A stretch of 64,000 nucleotides of DNA from the NCBI GenBank assembly GCA_028534125.1, contig CM052817.1, forward strand, positions 13,456,001-13,520,000. The letters are read 5' to 3'. The notes under the pieces are model-generated. The model was not told the origin of the DNA. It did no database searches and was given only the letters and a program-made list of their open reading frames with translations. The stretch comes from Lama glama. Taxonomy: Eukaryota. The stretch's first letter is position 1; the number at the start of each line of letters is the position of its first letter. Below are positions 13,060 to 25,245 of the stretch, one piece after another. The position numbers and the translations under genes were made by a program.

Positions 13060-14163
13060 ATCACACATAGCAACGATTCTGCATCCAATTTCAGTGTGTG
13101 TGGAGGGGGTGAATTGCCTCACACCACCAAGTAATCTCTGACACTAGATGTATGTCTTACAATTTAATTTAATTCTGATACTTTCTACCCGGAGACAGAG
13201 CTGGATCCTACAGGTTAAAGGCTCAGCCCTACATGACTGCACCCCCATCCAGCCCCCAGCTTCAGATGTCAGTCGCAATTTTAGGTTGTCACCTGTGCTT
13301 CTGACCAATGGGCTACAGATTAGAGGTTCCCGGCAAACCTGCTTCTACTGGGAGGAGCAGACAGCCATCCATCCCAGCTGACCCAAGCGTCCAGCACTCC
13401 CACCCTGTACGTTCTGCACTTTGTAGTTGGATTCTGAGCTTAGGAAAATTGGGGGACCCCTCTCTCTACTCCTTCTGAGTCCTTGGGGAACCCCGTGAAA
13501 GGATTGCAAAAGAGGAACTGGCGTGTTTAGGGGTCTGGAGGACTCCCTCCCCCCAGGCTTCCACCACCTCCCTGCCTGTGTGTGTTATTTCAAAGGAAAA
13601 GATAATTCACCCTTCTTGGGTTCTATTTGCTAGAGCAGCTCACAGAACTCAGAGAAACATTTACTTACTAGATCGCTGGTTTTTTATAAAAGGATATACT
13701 TCAGGAGCTTCTGGGTGGAAGAGATGCATTTGGCAAGGCTTGAGGAAAGGGCTTGAACTTCCACACCCTCTCCAAACACACTGCTCTCCGCAGATCTCCA
13801 GGTGTTCACCAACTGGGAACGCCTGTACTTTTGGGCTCTTAAGGAAGCTTCATCCCACAGGCATGATTAATTAATCGGTCATTGGTGATTGAACTCAATC
13901 TCCAGCTGCTCTCCCTTCCCAGGTGATCAGGGAGGTGGGACTGAAAGTACCAACCCTCTAATCAAGGGGTGGGTTCTCCTAGCAACCAGCCCCCAGCTCA
14001 AGTGGAGGTTCAAAAGTCACCTCATTAACATAAAAGACACCGTGGTGCTCTCTTCTTAAAACCCAGGGTTTTAGGAGCTCTTTGTCAGAAACTGGGGACT
14101 AAGACCAAATAGATACCCATTTTTAAAAATATATATTTCTTATTATAAATCACAAAATAACAC
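13060..14163 (-). mobile_element. MER21-family LTR with a ~280 bp internal insert
   Basis: aaagtcacctcattaacataa, ttttaggagctctttgtcagaaactggggactaagaccaaata and the tcacaaaataacaca terminus; reverse-complement similar to 33655-34050. Confidence 0.8.
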
Positions 14164-14889
14164 ATATATTAATGAGAGAAACCAGAATTAATTACAGAGT
14201 AAAATAACGGACAATTCTATTCCGTAGAAACCAAGCACTGCCATTCAGAATATAAGCAAATGGATGAGTTATATATTCTACCTATATAATATAAATAAAA
14301 TACATATAATGCATATAAAATAATACATAACATACAAATAAATATAATATATATAAAATACTTAAAAATGTTATTTTATTATAAATAAATAATATATTGA
14401 GCTATGGGAATATCCAGGGCACTTTTTCCCCATTGATGCTCACATTTAGTAGTTTACGAATAAAATTAAATGCAAATCACTTAAAGGACAAAATTTGAAA
14501 AGGAATTTCCTTATAAAATTGTCAGAGTGGTGAATATAGCATTTTATTATATTTAATTTCTTGTCTCTCTCACTTACTGGGCCTTCAAGGGCAGGGTTTT
14601 TACTTTCTTAGCTTTGTATTTCCAGGGCCTACCACACTAACAGGCCCACAGTAGCTGCCAGTAAATATTAATTAAATTGTTTGCCTTCTTGATTTGCTGT
14701 TCTGAAGGTGGGAAACTGTACTTTCCTTGTATAAACAGATTTGAAGAACTAGAAAGCAAACTAAATGTGTGTTGTAATTTGCACATCTTTTGAAAGATAA
14801 AAGCAGCTTCTTGACAATACAATGAGGGAAAGGAACCATACTCAGGCTTTTCATTTTCCCTCCTCAAAAATTATCAAGCAGTCCTGAAA

Positions 14890-17870
14890 GAGAAGTCTAT
14901 AATAATAAATGTCTGCACTTATAAGGAAGAAATACCTCAAATAAACAATGTAGCTTTACACTTCAAATAAACAATGTAGCTTTACACCTCAAAGAGACAG
15001 AAAAATTACAAACAAAACTTAGAAGAAGAAAGGGAATAATAAAGATAGCACAGAAATAAAACAGAGAATAGGAAAACAACAGGCAAAGATCAATGAAGCT
15101 AGAAGTTAGTGTTTTGAAAAGATAAAACAAAGCTAACAAATCCTTACTAGACTAAGAGAAAAAGAGAGAAGACTCAAATAATGAAATAAATCAGAACTGA
15201 AAGAGATCTTGTAACTGATGACACAAAAATATGATAAGAGACTATAATGAAAAATTCTGTACCAACAGATAGATATGGATAGATTTTTAGATAACTATCT
15301 ATCTATCTATATATGATGTATATAGAGATATACAGATAGATACAGACAGACAGAATTTTTAGGATAACCTAAAAAAATTAGATAAATTCCTAGATACACA
15401 CAACTTACCAAGACCGAATCATGAAGAAATATGAAGTCTGAACAGACCAATAACAAGGAGATTGAATCAGTCACCAAAAAACTTCTAACAAAGAAAATCC
15501 CAGCACCCGATGGCTTCACCAGTGAATTCTGCCAAATGTTCAAGGAACTAACACTAACACTCTCCTTTTCAAACTCTTCCAAAAAATTGAAGAGGCAGGA
15601 ATACTTCCAGATGAGGCCAGCGTTACCCTGGTGCCAAAGCCAGACAAAGACATCACAAGAAAAGAAAACTATAGGCCGATATTCCTGATAAACACAGATG
15701 CAAATGTCCTCAATAAAACACTCGCAAACCAAATCCAACAGCACGTTACGAGGATCATACGCTGGGACCAAGTGAAATTATCCCTAAGATGAAAAGGTGG
15801 ATCAACATATTAAATGTGATACGCCACATTGACAGAAGTAAGGATACAAATCACTTGATCATCTCAAAAGATGCAGAAAAAGTGCTTGACAAAGTTCAAT
15901 ACCCCTTCATGATAAATACTGTCAACAAACTAGGAATAGAAGGAAAGCACCTCAACATAATAAAGGCCGTGTATGAAAGGCCACAGCTAACATCATGCTC
16001 ACTGGACAAAAACTGAAAGCTTTCCCTCTTTCACTTTAGGAGCAAGACAAGAATGCCCGCTCTTGCCTCTTCCATTCAACATAGTCCTGGAAGTCTCAGA
16101 CAGAAAGACGAGTAAAATAAATCAAATGACGTCCTCTTATATATAGAAAATCCTCAAAATACTCCCTCCAAAGGCTCCTAGAACTAATGAACAAATTCAG
16201 CAAAGTTGCAAGACACAAAATCAATATACAAAAGTCAGTGCGCATTTTTACACCAACAATGAGCTTCTGAGAAGGAAATGAGAAAAGCAATCCCAGTTGC
16301 AATAGCACCGAAAAGAACAGAATGATTTACTTAGGAATAAACTTAACTAGAAGGTGAAAGACTTGTACATACAATGTCTTATGTAAAACTAGAAAACACT
16401 GATAAAAAGATTGAGGAAGACACAAACAAGCGGAAAGTTCATGGGCTGGAAACCTTACTATTGTTAAAATGTCCACACTACCCAAAGCTATTTGCAGATT
16501 CAATGGAATTCCTATCAAAATCTCAATGGAATTCTTTACAGAAGTAGAAAAAAACAATTCTACAATGCATGTGGAACCACAAAAGACTACAAATACCCAA
16601 ATTTACCTAGAGAAAAAAGAACAAAGTTGGAGGCATTAAATTTCAAAATATATTACAAAGCTATAGTAATCAAAACAGTGGCACTGGCATAAAGAGACAT
16701 ATAAGCCAATAGACTAGAATAGGGAGTTCAGAAATATATCCATGCATATACAGTCAACTGGTCTTCAAGAAGGGTGCCACAGACACACAAAGGGGAAAAG
16801 AAAACTGCCTATCTACCACAAAAGAATGAAACTGGATCCCTGCATCATAACATACACAATTATAAATTAAAAGTGGGTTAAAGACTTAAACATGAGGCCT
16901 GAAACCATAAAACTCCTAGAAGTAAACAGGGGAAAAACTTCACGACATTAATCTTGGCAAAGATTTCACAGATACAACACCAAAAACATTGACAGCAAAA
17001 GCAATAACAAAAACATAAACAAGCGGAATTACATCAGAGTAAGTGGAAGTACAACCAACCGAAAAGCTTCTGTACAGCAAAAGAAACAATCGACACAGTA
17101 AAAAGACAACCTATAGAATGGGAGAAAATACTTGGAAACTGTGTGTCTGATAAAAGGTTATCTCCAAACTATATAAGAAACTCCTATAATTCAATAGTTA
17201 AAAAAAGCCAAAACAACCTTAATAAAAAAAAAATGGGCTGAGAACTTGAAGAGACATTTCTCTGAAGAAGATATACAAATCGCCAAAACGTATATGAAAA
17301 ATGCTCAGCATCACTGCTCATCAGGTCAATGCAAATCAAAACCACAAGAAGATACTGCCTCACACTTTTCAGGATGGCTATTCTCAAAAAGACAAAAGAT
17401 AACAAGTGTTAATGAGAATGAAGAGAAATTGCAACACTTGCACACAGCTGGTGAGAATGTAAAATGGTGCAACCGCCAAGGAAAACAATATAGAGGCTCT
17501 TCAAAACAATTAAAAATAGGTCTATTATATGATCCAACAATGCCACATCAGGATATCTATCCAAAAGAGTTGCAGTCAGGCTCTCGAGGAGATACTAATC
17601 TTCCCCTGTTCAACGCAGCTCTATTTGCAATAGCCAAGATGTGGAAACAACCTGAATGTTCGTGAATAGATGAATGGGTAAGGAAAATGTAATATATACA
17701 TACAGTGGGATGCTTTTCAGCCTTAAAAAAAATCAAATTCTGCAATATTTGATAAGGATGAACCTTGAGGATGTTATGCTAAATGAAATAAGCCATCACA
17801 GAAAGACAAATTCTGGATTATTCCACTTATATGAGGTATCTAAAATAGTTAATTTATAGAATCGAAGTGC
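14890..17870 (+). mobile_element. L1 (L1MA-like) ORF2 remnant of about 3 kb, truncated at both ends, many frameshifts
   Basis: Fragments [65 protein letters not shown]. No poly(A); stops about 60 nt from the KCNIP4 exon donor. Confidence 0.93.
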
Positions 17871-17929
17871 TAAATCCCTTTCAGCATGTCTAAAATCAAA
17901 GCATATTAAAAAAAAAGTCTAAGTCTTAC

Positions 17930-18000
17930 CTCAAAACTCACAGCTCCATTGTGGTCCGTATCAAATGCATTGAACAGAAAATGTGCATATGTTGTAGAGT
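17930..18000 (-). CDS. KCNIP4: KCNIP4 internal coding exon, 71 nt, phase 1/0: (D)[23 protein letters not shown] (EF2)
   Basis: Minus strand reads gctaac (branch-like)...ccttttcaatatttcag|ACTCTACAACA...AGTTTTGAG|gtaaga. The first 2 nt complete a GAC codon with the preceding exon. Confidence 0.97.
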
Positions 18001-20214
18001 CTGAAATATTGAAAAGGAAATAATGGTAGGTTAGCATTTCAACATCCTACAGAAGACATGTATAGCATGTCCAAGGCTCTTTCCACCCAGGGAAAGGCAC
18101 TGTCTCCCCTGACTTGTGCTTTCCTCCCCGCTGCCCACCTGCTCTCAGCAGGGGACTGTCACCTGAGGGTCACAGGTGTGAGCTGCCTACAGAGGCCACT
18201 GGTGACAGCTATTCGCTGAGTCTGGCTGGAAATGCTCTGAACACGTGGGAGTCTTGGGTGCTGTTACTGACACCGGGACGAGCAATGTTACTACAGGGGG
18301 GTGGGGGGATTAAGGGACACACATCTGGAAATTGCTTGGTGCTTGGCAGGGACTATCTCTAGGAGAAAGAAAATAATAAAAATATGAATAATGCAATACC
18401 AATGAATTGTTATGATTGGTATTGCTACTATTAGCTTTATTGGTGGTATTATTATTAATTTGTTCATTACTTTTGCAACTCATGTAAGGATATTGGGACT
18501 CAGAGAGGTTGAGAAATTCGCCTAAAGTCACACAGTCCATAAGGGGTATAGAGTGGGACAAAACTCGGGTCTTCCTGACCAAAAAGGCAGGTTAGCCCAT
18601 AGCCAGTAGGGTTGCCTGATGAAGTGGGGCCAGGGGTGACTTGGCAAGTTTCTGAGGCCGTGTTAGCAGAGGACTGTGTGGTCCTAAAGTTTCCCAGTTG
18701 CAAGCAGCGGGGAAGTCGTGCTTTGCCGGGGTCCTGGGTGGGATTCCAGTCTCTGAGCGATGGGGCGGTTTTGGACAGCACTCTTGTTCCACAGCTCACG
18801 GTCCTGCCTAATGCCACTGAGGCTCCCTGAAGTCCTCCACTTCCTCTGAGTTTGCTTCAGTTTCCCTCTAGTTTTTCTTTCCTTCCTCTTTCCTTTTTTC
18901 TCCTTTGTCTCCCTAATCTCTGAGCTTTCTGCCCTTTTATTTCAAAAGCATATATTTGTTCTTATTGTTTTCTTACCGCGCGGTTTTAATTTTTAAGTGC
19001 TCCTTTGCTGGACCCTTGAGCAAATCTGATTATTTTAAATGTTGCATCTCACGGGTTTTAGCCTTTTACCTTAACCTTTTTTATATTGAAAAGAATTGTA
19101 ACCTTTTCATTTATTGGCTCCAGCCTTTTATCTTCTGTTTAAAATCTCGCCTGTTTCTATTTTATAACTTTTAACCTTTGTTTTTACTGGGATTTAACAA
19201 AACTTCTGTTCGCCTTTTACTTCTTGAATTCCTTTTTGAAGGCTGTCAAGAAGCTAGGTCATAGCAGTGGGAGTTGAGAACTGCTCTCCCCAAATAAGGG
19301 AGGTCAGAGGTCACGCAGACTTCTCTCCCAGCTCTCGAGCATCCGCGGCCTATGTGTGGACGGTTGCTCCTGCAGGGAGTGAACCCCAATGGTTAACGCT
19401 ATTGATGCCATAAGCTTCATGGGGTAAGCTGTACACTCAGTTTTTCAGAATGGCCGTAGCATTTTCTTTCACCTCTGACCTTTAAATATGCTATGAGGAA
19501 CCACTTATTTTTAAAACGTACGAATTAATATCACTGTTGCCAGTGAACCAAACGGGCACCACAGTCAGCCCCAAATAATATGTAAAAACATCGCATGTAG
19601 AGTGGATGTCCATCTAGTGGTGGGGGGTTGCGCAGCCCTCTGAAGGATGGAACCAGGATTTTAATTGCGATCCGCTTACTGCGGTTGTTGGGAAGTTCCA
19701 CGATAGAATTATCAAGAACTGTCAGCCTATTTTTTTATTTACAAAGTTGGTTTGCTCTCAACAGTACTTTAGCACAGACTTCTTGAACTGCTTAGTGCCC
19801 TAGGAAGAAATGAGTTGACAGATGGCACGTTGAACTTGTTTTCGGGGGAGAAAAATAAAAGGATTTTGCTTATTTTAAAACAAGCTTCATTAAGCAGGCC
19901 CCTTGTTACTTTATTTATACAAGCAGGGTAAGTGCCTTTACCTTAGCAAGCAGAACTCACCATGAATGATGGCTCAGAACAAACGATGTTGACAAACTTT
20001 TAAAAACTGAAAACACAGGATAACGTGGGCGTACAATAATTGCCATTCTTCTCAGGCGGGGCTGCTCTCAAGCTTGACACTCGGGACGCACACTCTCACG
20101 ATTTGCCCAAATGCGGTACCGAGGACTTCTCGTTCCTCTAAGTTGTACCTCGGCAGTTTCCCTGGACCGTGAAGTCAGTTTTCCAGCCTAGATGTACCCG
20201 GCAGAGAGAGGCTG

Positions 20215-20450
20215 CTAATAGTGCGGTGGAGTCAGACGGCCTGAATTTGAATCCCAGCTCCACCGAACACTAACTGTGTGACCTTGGGCAAGCTGTTTCA
20301 CCTCCCTGTGACTCAATGTCCCCATCTACAAAACGATGACAATACGTATTTCATAGAGTCACCATAAAGAGATTAAGTGAGATAATTTATATAAAGTTCC
20401 TTGAATAGTCCTAGGCACACCCCAGATGTTCACTAAATTAACTATCGTTA
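20215..20450 (+). mobile_element. MIR SINE
   Basis: ggagtcagacggcctgaatttgaatcccagctcc...tgtgtgaccttgggcaagc. Confidence 0.85.
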
Positions 20451-23359
20451 CGATTCTTTCAGAGACAAGCCACTCTTATCTCAACCACCTTAAAGAAATG
20501 GGACTGAATTTTTCCCAGACTTAATATATTTCACCTGAAAATGTTTCAGTTTCGTGTAAAATTTCTATTGTGTATCTAAGTGACTGAAGTTCTAATTTAA
20601 TGGCACTTCAGGCCTAGTGAAGACTAGTATAATTATGGCACAAGTGGCATCGAGGTTCTGATGAAGTTTGGATTTGGAGACAGTAAAAGCGTTTTAAGGA
20701 AGGGGAATGATGCTGCTAGCTTTGCTGGGGGGAGAGGAGGGAGCTAAGGCACTGGAAGCGCCTGCCTGGGCACAGAGGTGAACGCCGAGAGGGGACGGGA
20801 AACCGCCCACACAAATGTCTACGGTCTGATTTCATCTGACTGCGCTCCTCTTGCTCAGTAAATATTTGTGAGAAGGATGAATAACTGACATCCTGGATTC
20901 TAGATTTCAGTACAGTTCAGGGCACAAATGACATAGCAATGACTTTTCCCCCCATATGACCTGACAGTCTTCTTTGACCACAATTCCATACATATAACAA
21001 AAACAGTTGCTGAGTTGCGCATGATTTTTTTTTTCAGTTTCTTATCATTTTACTTGTGAAGCTGAAAATTAAATGTTGAAATTTTACAGCTGGAGGACAA
21101 AATTTGTAGAGTCTTAGGATAAGAAAGGATCTTGGATACCATTTAGCTATTTATCTATACATTTAAGAAAGGTGGAAAATGGGTGTAGGTACTGTTAATG
21201 ACATAGCCAAGGTCACCTAGTTAGTTACTGGTAGGGTCGTGAATGAAATGAAGACATTCTAACATTAACTCTCAGAAATAAAGGATGTTACACTAGAAAG
21301 AAAACGTGAGAATTCTTTTGTTCCACATTTTACAAAGGAACAACCTGAGGCCCAGAGAAATAAACCATTTGAGTCACAGACCTTGTTGGTGGCAGAGTCT
21401 ATCCATAAAGTCAGGGCTCCTGACTCAGTCCAGTGTCCTTAACCCAATTATTTCCAGACCACAGTGATGATACCAGCTAACCCCTTGGTTTAAAAGCCCA
21501 TTGATACACATACATTTCAGAATATTTGAACAAATATACTTGATTATCATGTTCCAAGTGTGTGGATTGAAATCAATGTGGTTGATGTCTTTCTTCCCAC
21601 CACGAGTCCCCTACTCTCACTTGAATTCAAGCACGAGGTGCAGAATTAGCTTAATGCATCTGAGTGTACAAGTCGTGGCACTATTGCTACAGTAAGACGG
21701 GCCATGGACGTGAGTAGTAGTTCCTGTTCAGTGTGTCCTCTATAAATCACCCTGAAAATGTTGTCTGAGGATGAGAAGGACATTCAGTGAACAGAGTTAC
21801 TTGGGGAAAACAAAATGTAAACCATCATTTCCACAGAGCTCATCTAAGAGCCTCAAATGCCTTGCACTCAGTAGCTGTTCAATTAATATTTGTTGACCTA
21901 GATTCTTCAGACTGAAGCTCATTCATTCATTCCTTCAGTAGCTGTTTATCAGGTGCCTCGTAGAGTCAAAGTAAGTGCAAAATTCCTACAACACAAGCAT
22001 GCGTAGCCCAGGGAACTGCAATTGGCATGAGCTTTAAATGCCTAGTGAGCTAAGTGCTTCTACGCTAAGGCTTCCCCTGAACGTGGCTTTGAAGAGCGTG
22101 GCTGTAATGACACAGGTAAGGCGCATTTCCTCCTGCCTTGTTTTATAACAGGATGCACTTCATCCCCGCCAGACAGGAAGCTTCTGCTCAGTCCAGCTGT
22201 GCTGGCGTCCCGAACACCGAACAAGCTGTGCTTGGGAAACCGTCTCGCTAAGCAGCGGGGAAAACTAAAGAGCCTGACGGTGCAAACTGCAGGAGAGCCT
22301 GGCGCTGAGACAAAGCGTCTTTCTGGAGGAAATGGTGAGACATTGTGATTTATGGACCCATCATTGTTATGACTCATAATGAGAGAAATCTGTTGCTTTC
22401 ACACCATCAGCCTAAATAAATGACTCCACAGAAGCCTGGGGACGGCCCTCACACGGGTCTGCCTGCCGTCCCAGACTGCGCTCTTCCCTGGGACATTTTG
22501 TCTTTTCTAGCAGCGCTGCAAGATACAATTTGCATGCAGGATATTAATTTTTAAAATTGCAAGTCATCATTCTTTAAAATATTTCATTTCCTTCACTGAT
22601 GCCGGGTGCTTTTAGATTGATGCATTCAATTAACATGAATAATCAAAGACTTTTTAAGGGTGCAAAAGTGATTTTTCTTCAAATCCCTTTGGACTTTGTA
22701 ACAAGAATCCTTTGCAAAGGACTGCGCCTCAGTGGATGTTCTCTAATGTTGACACGTTATTTTTCAAAGAAAGATAAAATTTTAATGTAGAGTTGTATCC
22801 AATTTGTAGCATGTAATGACTTTCATTTCATTTGAGCTCATCAAAAAATAACTAAAAGATTTCCATTTGTGCTAAGTGCTTTGATATTAATGCCTATCAA
22901 TGGGTTAGCAGACATTTAGTTTATAGTAAATACCATTTTAAAAATTCTGTGTTTTTTAAAATAATTTCGAAATATGTGTTCATCAACTGACATTCTAAAT
23001 TCTCTATTAATGCAGACAATGGACCCATCACAATCCTGGCTTCAGGTCCTTTGACCAATATCTGTCTGCAGGGCTGTTAGTAATGACATGCGGGGGGGGG
23101 GTTGTCAGCCGTGATATATCCAAATTCATGCAATAATGGGTCACCCTGTGTTTTCTCAGGATCCTAATCTAAGGCTTTGAAAAGGCCCTGGCAAGTGAAT
23201 TTTCTCTTTTAATAATCCAAGCATGAAACTGTCTTCAACCTACTGACAGATCTAAAACCAAAAGAGAATCTAATTTTTGTATGAAACAATATTTAAATGT
23301 CGTATACATTCAAAATGCCTTTCCTAGGCATTATTCCATCTTGCAGCGGCCATCGCTCG

Positions 23360-24120
23360 GCACACATTCCCTCACTTATGCAGTAGGTATCTATCGAGTG
23401 TGACTGTTTGTCAGTCCCCAGTCCAGGAGCTGCGGATATGGCTGTGAACAAAACAGACAAAACTTATGTTCCCTTGAAGGTGACGTTCTGATGGGAAAAG
23501 AGACAGGAAGCAACTACAAAAATAAAGTCAAATATATATTCTCAGATGTTCTTGAGTGCTGGAGAGAAATATAAAGCACATGGGGAACGTTTAAGAAGCT
23601 GCAGTTTAAGACAGGGCGGCCAGGGAAAGCCTCATGGAGAAGGCAGCCTTTGAATAAAAGCAGAGGTGCTGAGATATTGGGATGGATAATTGGGAGAAGA
23701 AAATCCAGGCAGAGGGAATGACAAGTTCAAAGGACCAGAGGTGGCAACAGGAATGGTGTGCTGGAGGAAGGGCAAGGGGCCACGGCGGCTGCAAGGAGAT
23801 GAGGGAAGGGACGGTCAGTGTAGGAGGAGGCAGAGAGGGACAAGTGACCACACCTTGTTGCGACCATCATATAGGTCGTGGCTCTTGCTTTGAGCAGAGC
23901 AAGTGACACGACCTGGCTTATATTTTTACAGGATTACTCCGGCTCATGTTGAGAATGGACCATGGCTGGGGGGAGCGTGGAAAAGGGTTAGAATCAAGAG
24001 AGACTAATTTAGAGACCATTGCAGTATTTTGGAATGAGATGATGGGGGTTCTTTTAAGTGGAAAAGAAGTAGAAAGATGATGGTGAGGAAATGGGTGAAT
24101 GTCTTTGTACCTTAGCGTCC
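23360..24120 (-). mobile_element. L2 fragment
   Basis: gtgaacaaaacagacaaaa, cagggaaagcctcatggagaagg, tccaggcagagggaatgacaagttcaaagg. Confidence 0.8.
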
Positions 24121-24699
24121 ACATTTATTAGAAAGGCAGATTCCAAGCTATGGTTATTGAAAGGTGATGGGTAATGTGTGCCAGGGCCAGGCACGTAGTG
24201 GACACCTGGTGGATCGTAGCTACTTCAGCTCAGGTTCCATTTATCTCGGCAGACTCTTTTTCACTTCCTCCCTGTCATTCAGCTGTCTAGTTGTGCCTGC
24301 ATCAGGCTCATAACACTATTCTTTCAACCCCTGTCTTCATGCTTACACTTTATGTTGACATTGTCCGCCTGCTACATTAGACACTAGCATTCTTTTGAGC
24401 AGGTACCACATCTCATTCTTCCTACATCATCAGCACCTAACACATAGCTGGGCACCCAGGAGGTCGTGGGACAAATTTGAGCTGGGCATCCCTCAGGGGA
24501 TTGACAGAGAGCCTCTAAGGTCCAGTGGCAAGCACATCTCTTCACTCACCTCTAACATGTCTGTGTTATCACTATGTTTTCCTTGTTTTCTTTTTGGTTA
24601 AAATGATGTCTAGAGTGGTACTCATTTTCTTAGATGCAGGGAGAGGGGTGATAGTAAAGAGTTACTGAAAGAGAGAGGACCAGCAGAGTGAACACTAGA

Positions 24700-24900
24700 T
24701 GAAGCTACAGAAAAAAATCTGGGCTCTAACCTAGATCTGCCACTTAGTGGATGTGTGACCCTGAGCAAAACACTTAGCTTCTCTAAGCCCCAGATTTCAC
24801 ATCTGAACATTGAGGATAATTACATTTGTCCTAATTTTGAGAGTCGGGAGAATGAGACCTAAAGTGCAGGCGAAAGCTCTGTGGCACATTCAGGACCATC
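24700..24900 (+). mobile_element. MIR SINE
   Basis: ctgccacttagtggatgtgtgaccctgagcaaaacacttagcttctctaagcc. Confidence 0.75.
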
Positions 24901-25175
24901 AGAGTCAGAGAGCACTGTGCATCTGAGAGATGCAGTACCAGTCACACAAGAATACTACTTGCATTAAACTGAAGAGTGAACTCTAGGGTATTTGATAATT
25001 TGTAAGTAGATCGCTTTTATGATGTATTGGAAATCATATGCACTTGCAAGCTGTGTATTCATTATTTTACATAAAGATGAAAAATCGAGAGCCACGCCAT
25101 GAAAGATTAAACCAAACTCGACTGGAAGCATAGTTCTAACTGAGAGCACGTTCACTGGTCCCCACTGGTACTTAC

Positions 25176-25245
25176 CTCCCTGCGGGAAGAACTGCGAGTA
25201 AATCTCTTTGAAGGTCTCTTCATTAACAACACCACTGGGGCATTC
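25176..25245 (-). CDS. KCNIP4: KCNIP4 internal coding exon, 70 nt, phase 0/1: [23 protein letters not shown] (degenerate EF1)
   Basis: Minus strand reads ...ctgtgctttctctag|GAATGCCCCAGT...CCGCAGGGAG|gtaagt. CPSG is the hallmark of the inactive EF1 of neuronal calcium sensor proteins. Confidence 0.97.

Noticed and set aside
14890..17870. Functional reverse transcriptase gene
   Set aside because: L1 ORF2 motifs are split across frames with many stops and deletions; a dead L1. The same applies to 845-2230 and 43515-45610.
1..25000. PACRGL coding exons on the + strand
   Set aside because: PACRGL is the neighbour in human, but I found no peptide matching it here. Non-coding extensions cannot be judged from sequence alone.
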